Assembly: GCA_038230375.1 (NCBI GenBank)
Contig: JBBRNJ010000055.1
Coordinates: 1-62,727, forward strand
Direction of reading: 5' to 3'
Source of the DNA: Polyangiales bacterium
Lineage (GTDB): Bacteria; Myxococcota_A; Polyangia; Polyangiales; Polyangiaceae
Length of the DNA: 62,727 nt
Program-made: the position numbers and the translations under genes
Shown: positions 29,662 to 39,517 of the stretch, in pieces
Position numbering within the stretch: position 1 is the first letter of the stretch
Layout of the letters: every line of letters starts with the position of its first letter
The notes under the pieces: model-generated
What the model was told of the DNA's origin: nothing
Database searches by the model: none
What the model saw: the letters and a program-made list of their open reading frames with translations, nothing else

Positions 29662-31076
29662 GGCGTGCCTCCCGGCTGCTTCTCGGCGGACGACTGCGGT
29701 GTGAGCACGTTCGCCTTCGCACGGGAGCGCGTGACGAAGAACTCCACGCGTCGGTTTGCCTGCTCTGCCTTCACGGTCTCGACCTTGAGGTGCGTCTTGC
29801 CGAAGGCCTGCGCCGTGACGCGCGCCTGGTCCACGCCGTACTGGATGAGCAGGCGTCTCACGCTCTCTGCGCGCTCGCGCGACAGGTAGAGGTTGTGATC
29901 TTCGCTGCCGACCGCGTCAGCATGACCTTGGATGTTGATCTCGAGGACGTCAGGGTTCGCGATGATGAACCGCGCCACGCGCTCGACGACCGACCACGAA
30001 ACGTGGCGCACGCGCGGGCTGTCTGTGTCGAACAAGATCACTTCGTCCAGGACAATCTTGTCACCTTCCATGTGCACATGCTCGTCGCCAGCCGGACAGC
30101 CGTTGGTTTTCGGATCCGCTGTGCGTACGCCTGGGACATCGGGGCACGCGTCCTCGTCGTCGTACACGGCGTCGGTGTCGCGGTCCGGGCGCGGGCAGCC
30201 GTTGGTCTTCGGGTCCGTCGTGCGCACACCTGGGACCGACGGGCAGGCATCCTCGTTGTCGTAGACGCCGTCGCCGTCCGAGTCCTTGCGCGGGCAGCCG
30301 TTGGTGCGCGGGTCGTCGGTGCGCACGCCGGGGACGTCGGGGCACGCGTCCTCGTCGTCGAACACGGTGTCATGATCGCGGTCCCCGCGGTTCTTCGCGG
30401 GCGGGCAGCCGTTCGTCTTCGGGTCGGGCGTGCGGATGCCGGGGACGTCGGGGCACGCGTCCTCGTCGTCGAAGATGCCATCCTTGTCGCGGTCACCACG
30501 CTTCGGGGCGATGGGCGAGCGACCCAGGCCAAAGGCGACGCCGACAGAGAGCATGTGCGCGTCGTCGGGGCGGAGCTGGTCTCCGGGCTGGACGATTTGC
30601 GTGTATCCTACATACGGTCCGACGTCGAAGCGACCGTCGTTGACGCGGAAGTCGTAACCGACGCGCGCGCCGAACGCGAAGCGGAAGAGGTTGCCGGTCT
30701 CGGTGCCTCCGCCCCATGCGTCGACCCAGATGCCAGAGTCGCGCGAGCCGCCCATGGGGTGCACACGAAGACCAAGGCCTCCGTAGCCCGCGGTGCCAAG
30801 CGCCTGCTGCGCGAGCTTGGGATCGAGCGGCGGGCTGCCCTTCGAGAGAAGCACGCCACCGACGATGACCTCGCCGCCCAGATAGCGACCGAACGGCACC
30901 TCGAGCGCGAAGCCACCCTCGCCGCCGAACCCGAACTCGCGGTCCTGCGGCTTGCCCACCGCGTGTGCACCACCGGCGTTGCCATGGAAGAGGAGCTCGT
31001 CGGCCCGGGCGTCGCCAGAAGCGGACAGCACCGACACCACCGCCAACATCGCAAGCGCGCGCGCACCCTTTCCCAC
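29658..31076 (-). CDS. OmpA-family protein: beta-barrel, thrombospondin type 3 repeats, OmpA C-terminal domain (TraB-like architecture)
   Basis: Signal peptide, Gly/aromatic beta-strands, four D.D.D...D.EDACP.VPG.RT.DP.TNGCP units, IQGHAD, NLYLSRERA, NRRVEF. Confidence 0.92.
   Translation of the reverse strand: MGKGARALAMLAVVSVLSASGDARADELLFHGNAGGAHAVGKPQDREFGFGGEGGFALEVPFGRYLGGEVIVGGVLLSKGSPPLDPKLAQQALGTAGYGGLGLRVHPMGGSRDSGIWVDAWGGGTETGNLFRFAFGARVGYDFRVNDGRFDVGPYVGYTQIVQPGDQLRPDDAHMLSVGVAFGLGRSPIAPKRGDRDKDGIFDDEDACPDVPGIRTPDPKTNGCPPAKNRGDRDHDTVFDDEDACPDVPGVRTDDPRTNGCPRKDSDGDGVYDNEDACPSVPGVRTTDPKTNGCPRPDRDTDAVYDDEDACPDVPGVRTADPKTNGCPAGDEHVHMEGDKIVLDEVILFDTDSPRVRHVSWSVVERVARFIIANPDVLEINIQGHADAVGSEDHNLYLSRERAESVRRLLIQYGVDQARVTAQAFGKTHLKVETVKAEQANRRVEFFVTRSRAKANVLTPQSSAEKQPGGTP
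30092..30495 (-). repeat. Four ~100-bp intragenic repeats encoding TSP3-like Ca-binding units
   Basis: Recurrent gggcagccgtt and gggcacgcgtcctcgtcgtc blocks; boundaries approximate. Confidence 0.85.
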
Positions 31077-31123
31077 GAATTGAAGGATACGGGCTCCGGC
31101 GGCGGAATGTTAAGTTACCGACG

Positions 31124-31702
31124 CTAGGGCCGTGGGTCGTTCGCCAGCAGGGCAAAAACGGCGTGGTCCAACCACCGAGCATGGCAACGCTCCGCCTCTC
31201 GCGCGATGCCCTCGAAGCGGAAGCCGAGCCTGCGAATGACAGCGAGCGAGGCGTGGTTGTCCGTTGCGGCGGCGACGCGGACGCGGTGCGCGCGCATGGG
31301 ACCGAACGTCCAGTTCAGCAGCGCCCGCGACGCCTCCGTCATGTAGCCGCGGCCCGTCGTGTCCACCCGCAGCCAGTAGCCGAGCTCCGCGCTCTCGTGC
31401 AGATGCGCGATCGACTCCAGTCCGACCACGCCCAGGAACTGACGCGAGCCCCGATCGCGAATGGCAAAACGGCAGGCGCGCGCCGCGTCCCAGTCTGCGG
31501 CGCTCGCCTCGCCGTAGCGGAAGCTCGCGTCCAGGTCTGCGTTGAAGGGCACCCACGGAAGCCACGGCTCCAGGTGCGCACGCGACATCTCCACGGCGTT
31601 CCACATGTCGCGCGCGTCGGAGCCGTCGACAGGGGACAGGAGCAGGCGCTCGGTGGTGAGCGGCCGCGTCTTCAGCTCATTGCGAGGCGCAATCACGAGC
31701 AT
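31124..31702 (-). CDS. GNAT N-acetyltransferase (RimJ/RimL family)
   Basis: TERLLL, HLEPWLPW, AELGYWL, GRGYMTEA, NHAS..RLGF. Confidence 0.9.
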   Translation of the reverse strand: MLVIAPRNELKTRPLTTERLLLSPVDGSDARDMWNAVEMSRAHLEPWLPWVPFNADLDASFRYGEASAADWDAARACRFAIRDRGSRQFLGVVGLESIAHLHESAELGYWLRVDTTGRGYMTEASRALLNWTFGPMRAHRVRVAAATDNHASLAVIRRLGFRFEGIAREAERCHARWLDHAVFALLANDPRP

Positions 31703-31754
31703 CGACAGGAGCGTAGCAAACTCCTGTGCGCCTCGTGCTTGCAGAGCACGTGGG

Positions 31755-32132
31755 TCAGCGGATCTTGCGGACCGTGTCTGGATAGGCGGAGACGATCGCC
31801 TTCTCCGGACGCTCGACCGCTTCGAGCGGGCTCGTCACGAGATCACGGCCGCCGCTCGCGAAGTAGATCGCCTCGCCCACGTTCGGCTCGCCCATGTTCG
31901 GGACGATCGCGCCGTTCATGAAGAACTTGAGCCCGCCCTGCATGCGACGGCGAAGCGCCAGGTGGCCCTGGATGAAGTCACCGGAGCGACGGTCGCGCAC
32001 GGCGATGCAGAAACCATCCCTGAAATGATACTCGGTGTTCTTCGTCACGTAGACGCGGTGGCGCCGGCGCTCCGGACCCTGATGCATTTCTTCGTTGGAC
32101 GGACTGCTGACGGCGAGTGCTCCCATGCGCAC
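31755..32132 (-). CDS. Hypothetical protein
   Basis: Normal amino-acid composition (VYVTKNTEYH..CIAVRDR), co-oriented with GNAT gene; start uncertain. Confidence 0.65.
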   Translation of the reverse strand: MRMGALAVSSPSNEEMHQGPERRRHRVYVTKNTEYHFRDGFCIAVRDRRSGDFIQGHLALRRRMQGGLKFFMNGAIVPNMGEPNVGEAIYFASGGRDLVTSPLEAVERPEKAIVSAYPDTVRKIR

Positions 32133-32210
32133 ATCGTCCTACGTGGGACGGCGGCGGCCAAGTTTCTGGCCAACGATCTTGCCCCGGCGGGCGCTCACCA
32201 CGGGCCGGCC

Positions 32211-32753
32211 GTGTATCGTGCTCCTGCTTTGGGATTCGAGATCATCTTCGAGAAGGGTCAAGAAGGCGCATTGAACGACCGCGAGCTGGGCCGTCGGGTC
32301 CGCGCGATCTGCCGTGCGCTGGGCATCAGCCGCAAGGGTGGATCAATCGTATTTGTTGACGATGATCAGATCCACCAATTGAACAAAACCTATCGCAATA
32401 AAAACAAGCCCACGGACGTTCTGGCGTTCGCCATGCAGGAGGGCGAGTTCGCCGGCGTCTCCCCCGACGTCCTCGGAGACGTCGTCGTCAGCGTGCCAAC
32501 TGCCACAAAACAAGCCGTGCGCGCGGACCACCCGCTGATGGAGGAGGTGACCATGCTCCTGGTCCACGGGCTCCTCCACCTGCTCGGCTGGGACCACGAT
32601 ACGGACGCGAAGGACGTCGCCATGCGGAGGGAGACGGAGCGTCTATGTCGTTTGGCCCGCTCGGGAACCAAGAAAAGAAGCGCGGCAGGAAAGGCGCCAG
32701 CGCCTGCCCGGAAGCGGGGCAAGAAGACCCTCCGCCGGCCACCGCGTTCCTGA
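32211..32753 (+). CDS. ybeY: rRNA maturation endoribonuclease YbeY
   Basis: LNKTYR.K.KPTDVLAF, LGDVVVS, HGLLHLLGWDH; start approximate. Confidence 0.93.
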   Translation: MYRAPALGFEIIFEKGQEGALNDRELGRRVRAICRALGISRKGGSIVFVDDDQIHQLNKTYRNKNKPTDVLAFAMQEGEFAGVSPDVLGDVVVSVPTATKQAVRADHPLMEEVTMLLVHGLLHLLGWDHDTDAKDVAMRRETERLCRLARSGTKKRSAAGKAPAPARKRGKKTLRRPPRS

Positions 32754-33052
32754 CCTCGGGTGGACCCTGGTGGCGCCCTGGAGGTGACCCTGGAGGTCCT
32801 TGTGACGCTCCCCGCCACTCCATGATGCGTGTCGCCCGCAAAAAAACGCACTTTCCGCGACGATTTTCGCTTGCGGGCATGGAAGACGTGGTGATAGCCA
32901 TGTTTTCCGAGGGCAGCGTGCGAGGCAACTCGAGCGCTGCTACAAGTCTCCCGAGCAGTCTAGTCCCCTCTGGTTATGAGCATTGTGCTCCTCACTGAAG
33001 GCGGAATGACTCAGTAGTAAGAAGCCGGTTAGAACGGCAGGAGGATGTTCAC

Positions 33053-33367
33053 ATGGCGGGTAACAAGCGTTTGACCAAGGCTCAGGTCATCACCGAGATC
33101 GCTGAGTACAGCGAACTCGACAAGAAGAGCGTCTCGAAGGTGTTTGACGGCCTCACGGAGCTCATCAAGAAGCAGCTCGGCTCGCGCGGTCCGGGCGAGT
33201 TCGTCATCCCCGGTCTCCTCAAGCTGAAGGCCGTCAAGAAGCCGGCGACCAAGGATCGTCCGGGCGTCAACCCCTTCACCAAGCAGCCCATCATCATCAA
33301 GGGCAAGCCGGCGTCGAAGAAGATCCGCGCTTCGGCGCTCAAGGCGCTGAAGGACCTCATCCAGTAA
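33053..33367 (+). CDS. HU/DNABII-family DNA-binding protein
   Basis: LTKAQVITEIAE, FVIPGL, GVNPFT; AGGAGG RBS. Confidence 0.93.
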   Translation: MAGNKRLTKAQVITEIAEYSELDKKSVSKVFDGLTELIKKQLGSRGPGEFVIPGLLKLKAVKKPATKDRPGVNPFTKQPIIIKGKPASKKIRASALKALKDLIQ

Positions 33368-33408
33368 TCACTGGTTGAACCTTTCGCGGAGGGCGTGGCG
33401 CATCAGCG

Positions 33409-35022
33409 TCACGCCTTCTGCGTTTTGTTCGCCGGCGCTTTGTTCTCCGCGTCCTTCTTCTCCTTGCGCGAGCGCCACATGGGACGTCCGCACGCGATGA
33501 GGAACGCGAGCGAGAGCGGAACGTGCCCGAAGCGCGCGAACGGCGTCGGCGGCAGATCGAGCAGGGCGATGTCCACGGGGATCGCCGCAGGCAAGACGTC
33601 GGCGTAGCGCATGCGGATGCGGCCGGCTGCATCCACCATGCTGGTGGGCCCCAGGTTCACGGAGCGCGCGAGGTCGCGACGCAGCTCGATGGAGCGCAGC
33701 GTGGAGAGCCGTAGATGCAGCTCGCCCTCGGATGTGCCCTGGAACCACGCGTCGTTCGTGACGTTGATGAGCACGTTCGGCTCCACGTGCATCACGTCCA
33801 GGCCGGACTCGACGACCGCGTCCTCGTAGCAGATGAGGACGCCAGCGTGGATGGGACCGGCATCGAGCCGCACCACGTCTTCGCCCGGCAAGAGGCCGGT
33901 GCCGCGCGCGAACGTCTCACGCAGCCAGGGGATCTGGTCTCCAAGCGGCACGGTCTCGCCGAACCAGAGCAGCTTGCGCTTGTCGTACGGGGCCGACAGA
34001 TCGCCGTTGCCGAGCGCGACGGACGCGGAGTTGTAGCCTTCCTCCACGCCGTCGACGCGCAGGCTCCGCGTGAACGTGCCGAAGAGCACGGGGCCGTGCA
34101 CGCCTGGTCCGAGGATCGCCACGTCGCCCGGGGGCGTGCGACGCGCGCTGTGGAAGAGCGGGTAGGGATACGCAGACTCGGGCCATACGGTGAGATCCGT
34201 GCCGCGCGCCTCTGCGCTCTTCGTGAGATTGGTCAGCTTCTCGAGCAGCTCCGGCGCGCGCTTCTCATCCCAGCGAGCGAGCGCATTCGTTCCGGGTTGA
34301 ACCAGCGCGATGCGCACGTGCGGTGCGGCGGCGCGCAGCGCATCCACCTGCTTCATGCGCACGCTCCCCTCGAGCCACATGCCGAAGAACAGCGCGAACC
34401 CGAGCACGCCGTGGACCAGCGCCGGAACACGCCGCCGCGCAAGCGCGTGCGCCACCGCCGTCATGAACAGTCCTGCGGTGAGCGCGAAGAGCGCCGAAAC
34501 GCCGCGCTCGCCCACCAGCTCCGCGAGCTGCAAGAACACCGGCCACGGCGTGATGCCACCAGCCACCGTCCAGGGGAAGAGGCTCGGGAAGAACATGGCA
34601 AAGTACACGCCGGCCGCGAAAGCCAGGTACTGCGGCACGCCGCGGTTCGCGAACGAGCGCGCGAGCGAGCTTCCCACGCCCCAGCCCACGCACTGGAAGA
34701 AGGACAGAGCGAGCAGCGCGACCACCGCGAGCGGCGGCGAGATGGACGTGAAGCGCGTGATGGTGAGCACCACGAAGCGGATCACGAACAGGTTGATGGC
34801 GAAGCCAAACGCCATGCCGGTCTTCATGCGCGAGAGGAACCGACGCACGCGCGACGCATGTGTGGGCTCCGGCGCGCTGAAGATCATGCACGCGTACGCA
34901 CCGAGGACCGGCCAGATGACGAAGTGCCAGTCGAAGGGCGGTGTCGAGAGCGCGCCAAGAAGGCCGAGCCCAGACGTGATCGCAAGGCGAGCGCGTGGAG
35001 AGAGAGCAGCCAGAGCCTTCAC
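33409..35022 (-). CDS. lnt: Apolipoprotein N-acyltransferase
   Basis: Multiple TMs; VWPES, YDKRKLLWFGE, ICYE, NVTNDAWF. Confidence 0.93.
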   Translation of the reverse strand: MKALAALSPRARLAITSGLGLLGALSTPPFDWHFVIWPVLGAYACMIFSAPEPTHASRVRRFLSRMKTGMAFGFAINLFVIRFVVLTITRFTSISPPLAVVALLALSFFQCVGWGVGSSLARSFANRGVPQYLAFAAGVYFAMFFPSLFPWTVAGGITPWPVFLQLAELVGERGVSALFALTAGLFMTAVAHALARRRVPALVHGVLGFALFFGMWLEGSVRMKQVDALRAAAPHVRIALVQPGTNALARWDEKRAPELLEKLTNLTKSAEARGTDLTVWPESAYPYPLFHSARRTPPGDVAILGPGVHGPVLFGTFTRSLRVDGVEEGYNSASVALGNGDLSAPYDKRKLLWFGETVPLGDQIPWLRETFARGTGLLPGEDVVRLDAGPIHAGVLICYEDAVVESGLDVMHVEPNVLINVTNDAWFQGTSEGELHLRLSTLRSIELRRDLARSVNLGPTSMVDAAGRIRMRYADVLPAAIPVDIALLDLPPTPFARFGHVPLSLAFLIACGRPMWRSRKEKKDAENKAPANKTQKA

Positions 35023-35075
35023 GCGGCGCAGCCTACCCTGTGATCACTCACCCAGGTCGACGAGAACGGCGCGAC

Positions 35076-35972
35076 TCAGAAGTAAAACGTGATGCCAGCC
35101 GTGAGGAGACCGCCACCAGATGCGTTCGTGGTCTGGCCGCTCGCGTCCGTGAACTCGGGATGGTTCGTGGCGCCCGTATCGGTGCGACCACGAACGAAGA
35201 GGCGTCCGTCCAGGTTCAGCGCGACGTGCCTGGCCGCGCGGTACTCGAGGCCGACACCGCCCGAGATGCCGAAGTAGCTGTAGTCGTACGACGAGCGCGT
35301 GGTTGCGAAGCCGCCGCGGTCGTCCTCGACGTGGGCAGCGGACCAACCCAGTCCGCCCACGAAGTAGAACTGCGCGCGGTCCTTCGGGTTGAGGAAGATA
35401 AACATGTTTCCGGACAGCGCGGTCTCACCGCGCTTGAAGCCGTTGTAGTCACGGCCGCCGGCGAAATCGAGATCGCCTTCGAGCGCGATGTAGGGGATGG
35501 GTCGGAAGCGAAGGCCCGCACCGATGAGCCCCATGCCCGAGTCGCCGGCCTGGCCGCGACCGATCGCGAGCCCACCGAGGTGCAGGTTCATGCCCCACTC
35601 GTTCTTGCGCTGCCAATCGGGTGCTTTGTAGATGTACGGCGGAGGCGCTTCACGCGGCGGTGCCGCGATGACCACCGTGGGCGGCGGCGCTTGATAGACC
35701 ACCACTGGCGGAGCAGCTGCAGCCGGAGGCGGCTCGCTGGCGGGGGGGAGTGGCTGCAAATTGCTGCTTCCACCTGCACCACCACCCGTCGTTCCGCCGC
35801 CTTGACCTCCGTCCGCACAGAACCAGCTGCCGGGCGGACAGTTCGGATTGTCTGCGGCGAAGGCGACTTGCGAGATGGCGAGCACGCAGAACGCGGCGGC
35901 AGCAGCGCTGATCCGTACTCCGGTGCGGCGGCTCGGGCGAACGAAGCGAAGGTGTGAAGCGGTCCGGGTCAT
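35076..35972 (-). CDS. Outer-membrane beta-barrel protein with Pro-rich N-terminal region
   Basis: Signal peptide, CPPGSWFC, Pro-rich linker, beta-strands, terminal ITFYF. Confidence 0.8.
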   Translation of the reverse strand: MTRTASHLRFVRPSRRTGVRISAAAAAFCVLAISQVAFAADNPNCPPGSWFCADGGQGGGTTGGGAGGSSNLQPLPPASEPPPAAAAPPVVVYQAPPPTVVIAAPPREAPPPYIYKAPDWQRKNEWGMNLHLGGLAIGRGQAGDSGMGLIGAGLRFRPIPYIALEGDLDFAGGRDYNGFKRGETALSGNMFIFLNPKDRAQFYFVGGLGWSAAHVEDDRGGFATTRSSYDYSYFGISGGVGLEYRAARHVALNLDGRLFVRGRTDTGATNHPEFTDASGQTTNASGGGLLTAGITFYF

Positions 35973-36013
35973 TGCCAGCGTGCCTCCTTTCAAGGCGCAC
36001 GTACGTTCCATCA

Positions 36014-36029
36014 AGCAATCGGGGTGCCA
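36014..36029 (-). promoter_or_regulatory. Sigma-54 (-24/-12) promoter for the beta-barrel gene
   Basis: Minus strand TGGCACCCCGATTGCT = TGGCAC-N5-TTGCT, about 40 nt above the predicted start. Confidence 0.8.
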
Positions 36030-36205
36030 CGCGCACCCGACAAATCCAGGCCGCTTTTTCGGCGACCCACTCCCGAGTGTAGCCCCTCGTTCACGTACGT
36101 CCATCACCCTGTGTCACCACGCGTTCATCCGGTCGAGGTCATTGACGGGCCGCATGTTCAGCGCCCAACGCTTCTGGTAAAGGTACCGGCGGATTCGCGC
36201 ACGTC

Positions 36206-37402
36206 ATGGTCGAGACCTCCCTTCCCACGATCCGCCTCAAGCCGGGCCACGTCCAGCCCGTGTGGGCAGGTCATCCGTGGGTCTACGCGCAGGCCGTCGA
36301 TCGCGTGGATGGTGCGCCCGGTCGTGGCGATCTTGTTCGCGTGGTCGACCCGCGCGGCAATCTGCTGGGACGCGGCTTCTATTCTCCAGGCTCGGCGCTG
36401 GTCGTCCGCATCCTGGTTCGCAACGAGCAGACGCCCGTCGACGCGGCGCTGTTCGCCTCGCGCATTCGCCACGCGAACGACGCACGCCGTGCGCTTGGCA
36501 TCGGCGACGAACAGACCAGCGGCTATCGGGTCGTCCACGCAGAGGGTGATCTCCTGCCGGGGCTCATCGTCGATCGCTTCGGTGACGCTGTCGTCGTGCA
36601 GTTCCTCACGTTCGGGATGAAGCAGCGCGAGGCCGAGATCCTGACCGCCCTTCAAGAGGTGCTCGCGCCTTCCACCATCATCGATCGCACGCCGCAGGCT
36701 CCAGCGAAGACGGAAGGCTTCGAGCCCGGTACGGGCGTCATCGCCGGCAAGGAGATCAAGGCGCTCACGTTCATGGAGCGCGGGCTTGCGTTCGAGATCC
36801 CGCTCGAGCTCGGGCAGAAGACCGGCTTCTATTTCGACCAGCGAGAGGTGCGCGCGCGTGTGGAGGCGCTCTCCAGAGGCAAGCGCGTGCTCGACGCCTA
36901 CTCGTACGTGTCGGCATTCGGCATGGCCGCTGCGCGCGGCGGCGCAACGCATGTGCTCTCCGTCGACGAGAACGCGCTCGCCGTGGAGGTCGGTGCCACC
37001 TGCGCCCGCGCGAACGGTCTCGAGCGCCACATGGAGTTCATTCCGCGCGACGCGCGGCGCGTCCTTGCCGACGCGAAGGGCACCTACGACATCGTCATCG
37101 TCGACCCACCGCGCCTCGCGCCCACGCGCGCCGCCAAGGAGAAGGCGATGTTCGCGTACGGCAAGCTCGCGGAGCTTGGCTGCCGTGCGGTGAAGCCCGG
37201 CGGCACGCTCGTGTTCTGCTCATGCTCGGCCGCGGTGGATCTGAACATGCTCTCTCGCGCGCTATCGCTGGGCGCGCTTCGCGCGAACGTCCAGGCCATC
37301 GTGACGGAGCGCATGTTCCAGGGTCCCGACCATCCCGTCTCCGCGGCCTTCCCCGAAGGCCTCTACCTGAAGACGCTGTTCGTACGCGTCGAGCCCCGGT
37401 AA
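36206..37402 (+). CDS. RlmI-like class I SAM rRNA methyltransferase
   Basis: GHPWVY, HAEGDLLPGLIVD, GQKTGFYFDQR, IVDPP, FCSCS, YLK. Confidence 0.9.
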   Translation: MVETSLPTIRLKPGHVQPVWAGHPWVYAQAVDRVDGAPGRGDLVRVVDPRGNLLGRGFYSPGSALVVRILVRNEQTPVDAALFASRIRHANDARRALGIGDEQTSGYRVVHAEGDLLPGLIVDRFGDAVVVQFLTFGMKQREAEILTALQEVLAPSTIIDRTPQAPAKTEGFEPGTGVIAGKEIKALTFMERGLAFEIPLELGQKTGFYFDQREVRARVEALSRGKRVLDAYSYVSAFGMAAARGGATHVLSVDENALAVEVGATCARANGLERHMEFIPRDARRVLADAKGTYDIVIVDPPRLAPTRAAKEKAMFAYGKLAELGCRAVKPGGTLVFCSCSAAVDLNMLSRALSLGALRANVQAIVTERMFQGPDHPVSAAFPEGLYLKTLFVRVEPR

Positions 37403-37408
37403 CCCGCC

Positions 37409-38209
37409 GTGCGGCCGCTCGCAGATCTCCCCGCGTCTCGTGCTCGCGCGCTCCGCGGCATTCTCTTCGATCTCGACGACACGGTGCTCTCGCATGGCCA
37501 TCTCGGCCTCCATGCCTATGCGGCGATCTGTCGCGCGGCCGACAGCGGGCTCGTGCTGGGCGCGGTCACGGGCCGTCCATGCGCGTGGGGTGAGGTCCTG
37601 GCGCGGCAGTGGCCCGTGCGCTTCGTCGTGGTCGAGAACGGCGCGCTTGCGGTCGTGCGTGCTGGCGCCGGCGTCTCCGTCCTCGACCCATGTGACGGGG
37701 CCGAGCGTTCGCATCGCATGGCCGCATTGCACTCGCTCACGCGCGAGATGGCGGACAAGCTCCCGGAGCTCGTGCCCGCCGACGACGCGTGGTGCCGCCG
37801 TACCGATACGACCTGGGACATCGGTGAGCGGTTGCGCGCTGCTCCGGAGACCATCACCGCCGCGACCGAGATCATCCGAGCGGCCGGCGCGGTCAGCTTC
37901 GCCTCCAGCGTCCACCTGCACGCGTCGTTCGACCGCACCGACAAGGCGCAAGGCGCCGTGCATTTCCTCCGACACATCATCGGCGAGGACGAGAGTCGCG
38001 CGCTCCACGCGTTCGCGTTCGTCGGAGACAGTAGCAACGATGGACCTTGTTTTTCAGCGTTTCATACGACATTCGGCGTTGCCAATGTCAGCCGCTACGC
38101 CTCGCGGATGGCCGTGCCCCCACACTGGGTCGCCTCCGCGGAGATGGGCGAGGGGTTCGCCGAGATCGTCGACAAGCTACTCGATCTGCGCAGCAGCTGG
38201 GACAGCTGA
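37409..38209 (+). CDS. HAD-IIB family hydrolase
   Basis: FDLDDT, VTGR, VENGA, DKAQG, FVGDSSND. Confidence 0.88.
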   Translation: MRPLADLPASRARALRGILFDLDDTVLSHGHLGLHAYAAICRAADSGLVLGAVTGRPCAWGEVLARQWPVRFVVVENGALAVVRAGAGVSVLDPCDGAERSHRMAALHSLTREMADKLPELVPADDAWCRRTDTTWDIGERLRAAPETITAATEIIRAAGAVSFASSVHLHASFDRTDKAQGAVHFLRHIIGEDESRALHAFAFVGDSSNDGPCFSAFHTTFGVANVSRYASRMAVPPHWVASAEMGEGFAEIVDKLLDLRSSWDS

Positions 38210-38287
38210 CACGGTCCAACTGGTCTAGTCGTTCTCTCCAATCTGGCACTTTCGGATAGACCACAGTCGGGAGACAATGACGTCGTC

Positions 38288-39493
38288 ATGATCAAGAACA
38301 CCGAGCTTGTCGAGATCGCCCAGAAGCACCTCTACGCCAACTACAAACCCGCGCCGGTCGTCTTCCGTAGCGGCCACGGGTGCACGCTCGTGGACGTGGA
38401 CGGCAAGGAGTACCTGGACCTTGCTGCGGGCGTCGCCGTGTGCGCTGTGGGGCATGCGCATCCCGACTACGTAGCCGCCGTCTCGACGCAGGTCGCGCGG
38501 CTCGGTCATGTGTCGAACTACTTCTGGAACGAGGAGAACATCCTGCTCGCGAAGCGCCTCACGGAGCTCTCGGGACTTGCGCGCGCCTTCTTCTGCAACT
38601 CGGGTGCGGAGGCCAACGAGGCGCTCTTCAAGCTCACGCGACGCCACTTCTACGCGAAGGGCGACGCGGCCCGGAAGCGCATCATCGCTTTCGACAACGC
38701 GTTCCACGGACGCACGATGGGCGCGCTCTCCATGACCGGCACCCCGAAATACCGCGAGGGCTTCGGCGGCCTGGACGCAGTGACCCACGTTCCGTATGGA
38801 GACCTCGGCGCGGTGGAGAAGGCGCTCGGCCCCGACGTCGCCGCCATCATCGTGGAGATCGTCCAGGGCGAGGGCGGTGTGCTGCCCGCGCCCGCGGGCT
38901 TCGTGAAGGCGCTCCGCGAGCTTGCGACCAAGAACGGCTCGCTGCTCCTCGTGGACGAGGTGCAGACCGGCATCGGTCGCCTTGGCGAGTGGTTCGGCTA
39001 CCAGACCGCGGGCGTGGAGCCCGATGCGATCTCACTCGCGAAGGGCCTGGGCGGCGGACTGCCGATCGGCGCCATGCTCACGTCGGAGGTGCTCGGCTCG
39101 GCGCTGCCGCCGGGTACACACGGCTCCACGTACGGCGGCAATCCGCTCGCGTGCGCGGCCGCCAGCGCCGTGCTGACCATTCTTGCGAAGGAGAACCTGG
39201 TCGCGGGCGCCAGGATCAAGGGCGAATACTTGCAGAATGCACTCAATGCCGTTGCGCGCGACCATGCGAAGGTCTGCGAGGGTGCGCGCGGCGCAGGCCT
39301 CTTGCAGGGCCTGGTGCTGAAGCCGGGCTTCGTGGCGCGCGACATCCTGGGCAAGCTGGTGGAAAAGGGCGTGCTCCTGACGGCAGCCGGTGAGCGCGTC
39401 CTGCGGTTCACGCCACCGCTGGTCGTCACCGAGGCGGAGCTTGGCCGTGGTGTCCAGGCCGTGCGCGACGTCGTTTCCACGCTCGCCGCTTGA
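38288..39493 (+). CDS. argD: Acetylornithine aminotransferase (class III)
   Basis: FCNSGAEANE, FHGRT, QGEGGV, DEVQTGIGR, AKGLGGG, HGSTYGGNP. Confidence 0.88.
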   Translation: MIKNTELVEIAQKHLYANYKPAPVVFRSGHGCTLVDVDGKEYLDLAAGVAVCAVGHAHPDYVAAVSTQVARLGHVSNYFWNEENILLAKRLTELSGLARAFFCNSGAEANEALFKLTRRHFYAKGDAARKRIIAFDNAFHGRTMGALSMTGTPKYREGFGGLDAVTHVPYGDLGAVEKALGPDVAAIIVEIVQGEGGVLPAPAGFVKALRELATKNGSLLLVDEVQTGIGRLGEWFGYQTAGVEPDAISLAKGLGGGLPIGAMLTSEVLGSALPPGTHGSTYGGNPLACAAASAVLTILAKENLVAGARIKGEYLQNALNAVARDHAKVCEGARGAGLLQGLVLKPGFVARDILGKLVEKGVLLTAAGERVLRFTPPLVVTEAELGRGVQAVRDVVSTLAA

Positions 39494-39517
39494 CTAAAAA
39501 CGCGTGGGGCCCGAAAG

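Noticed and set aside
30092..30495. Regularly spaced DNA repeats resembling a CRISPR array
   Set aside because: In-frame TSP3 protein repeats inside the OmpA gene; no unique spacers, no cas genes
32765..32797. ccctgg(a/t)gg repeated three times upstream of the HU gene
   Set aside because: Short, GC-rich, uneven 11/12-nt spacing; could be chance
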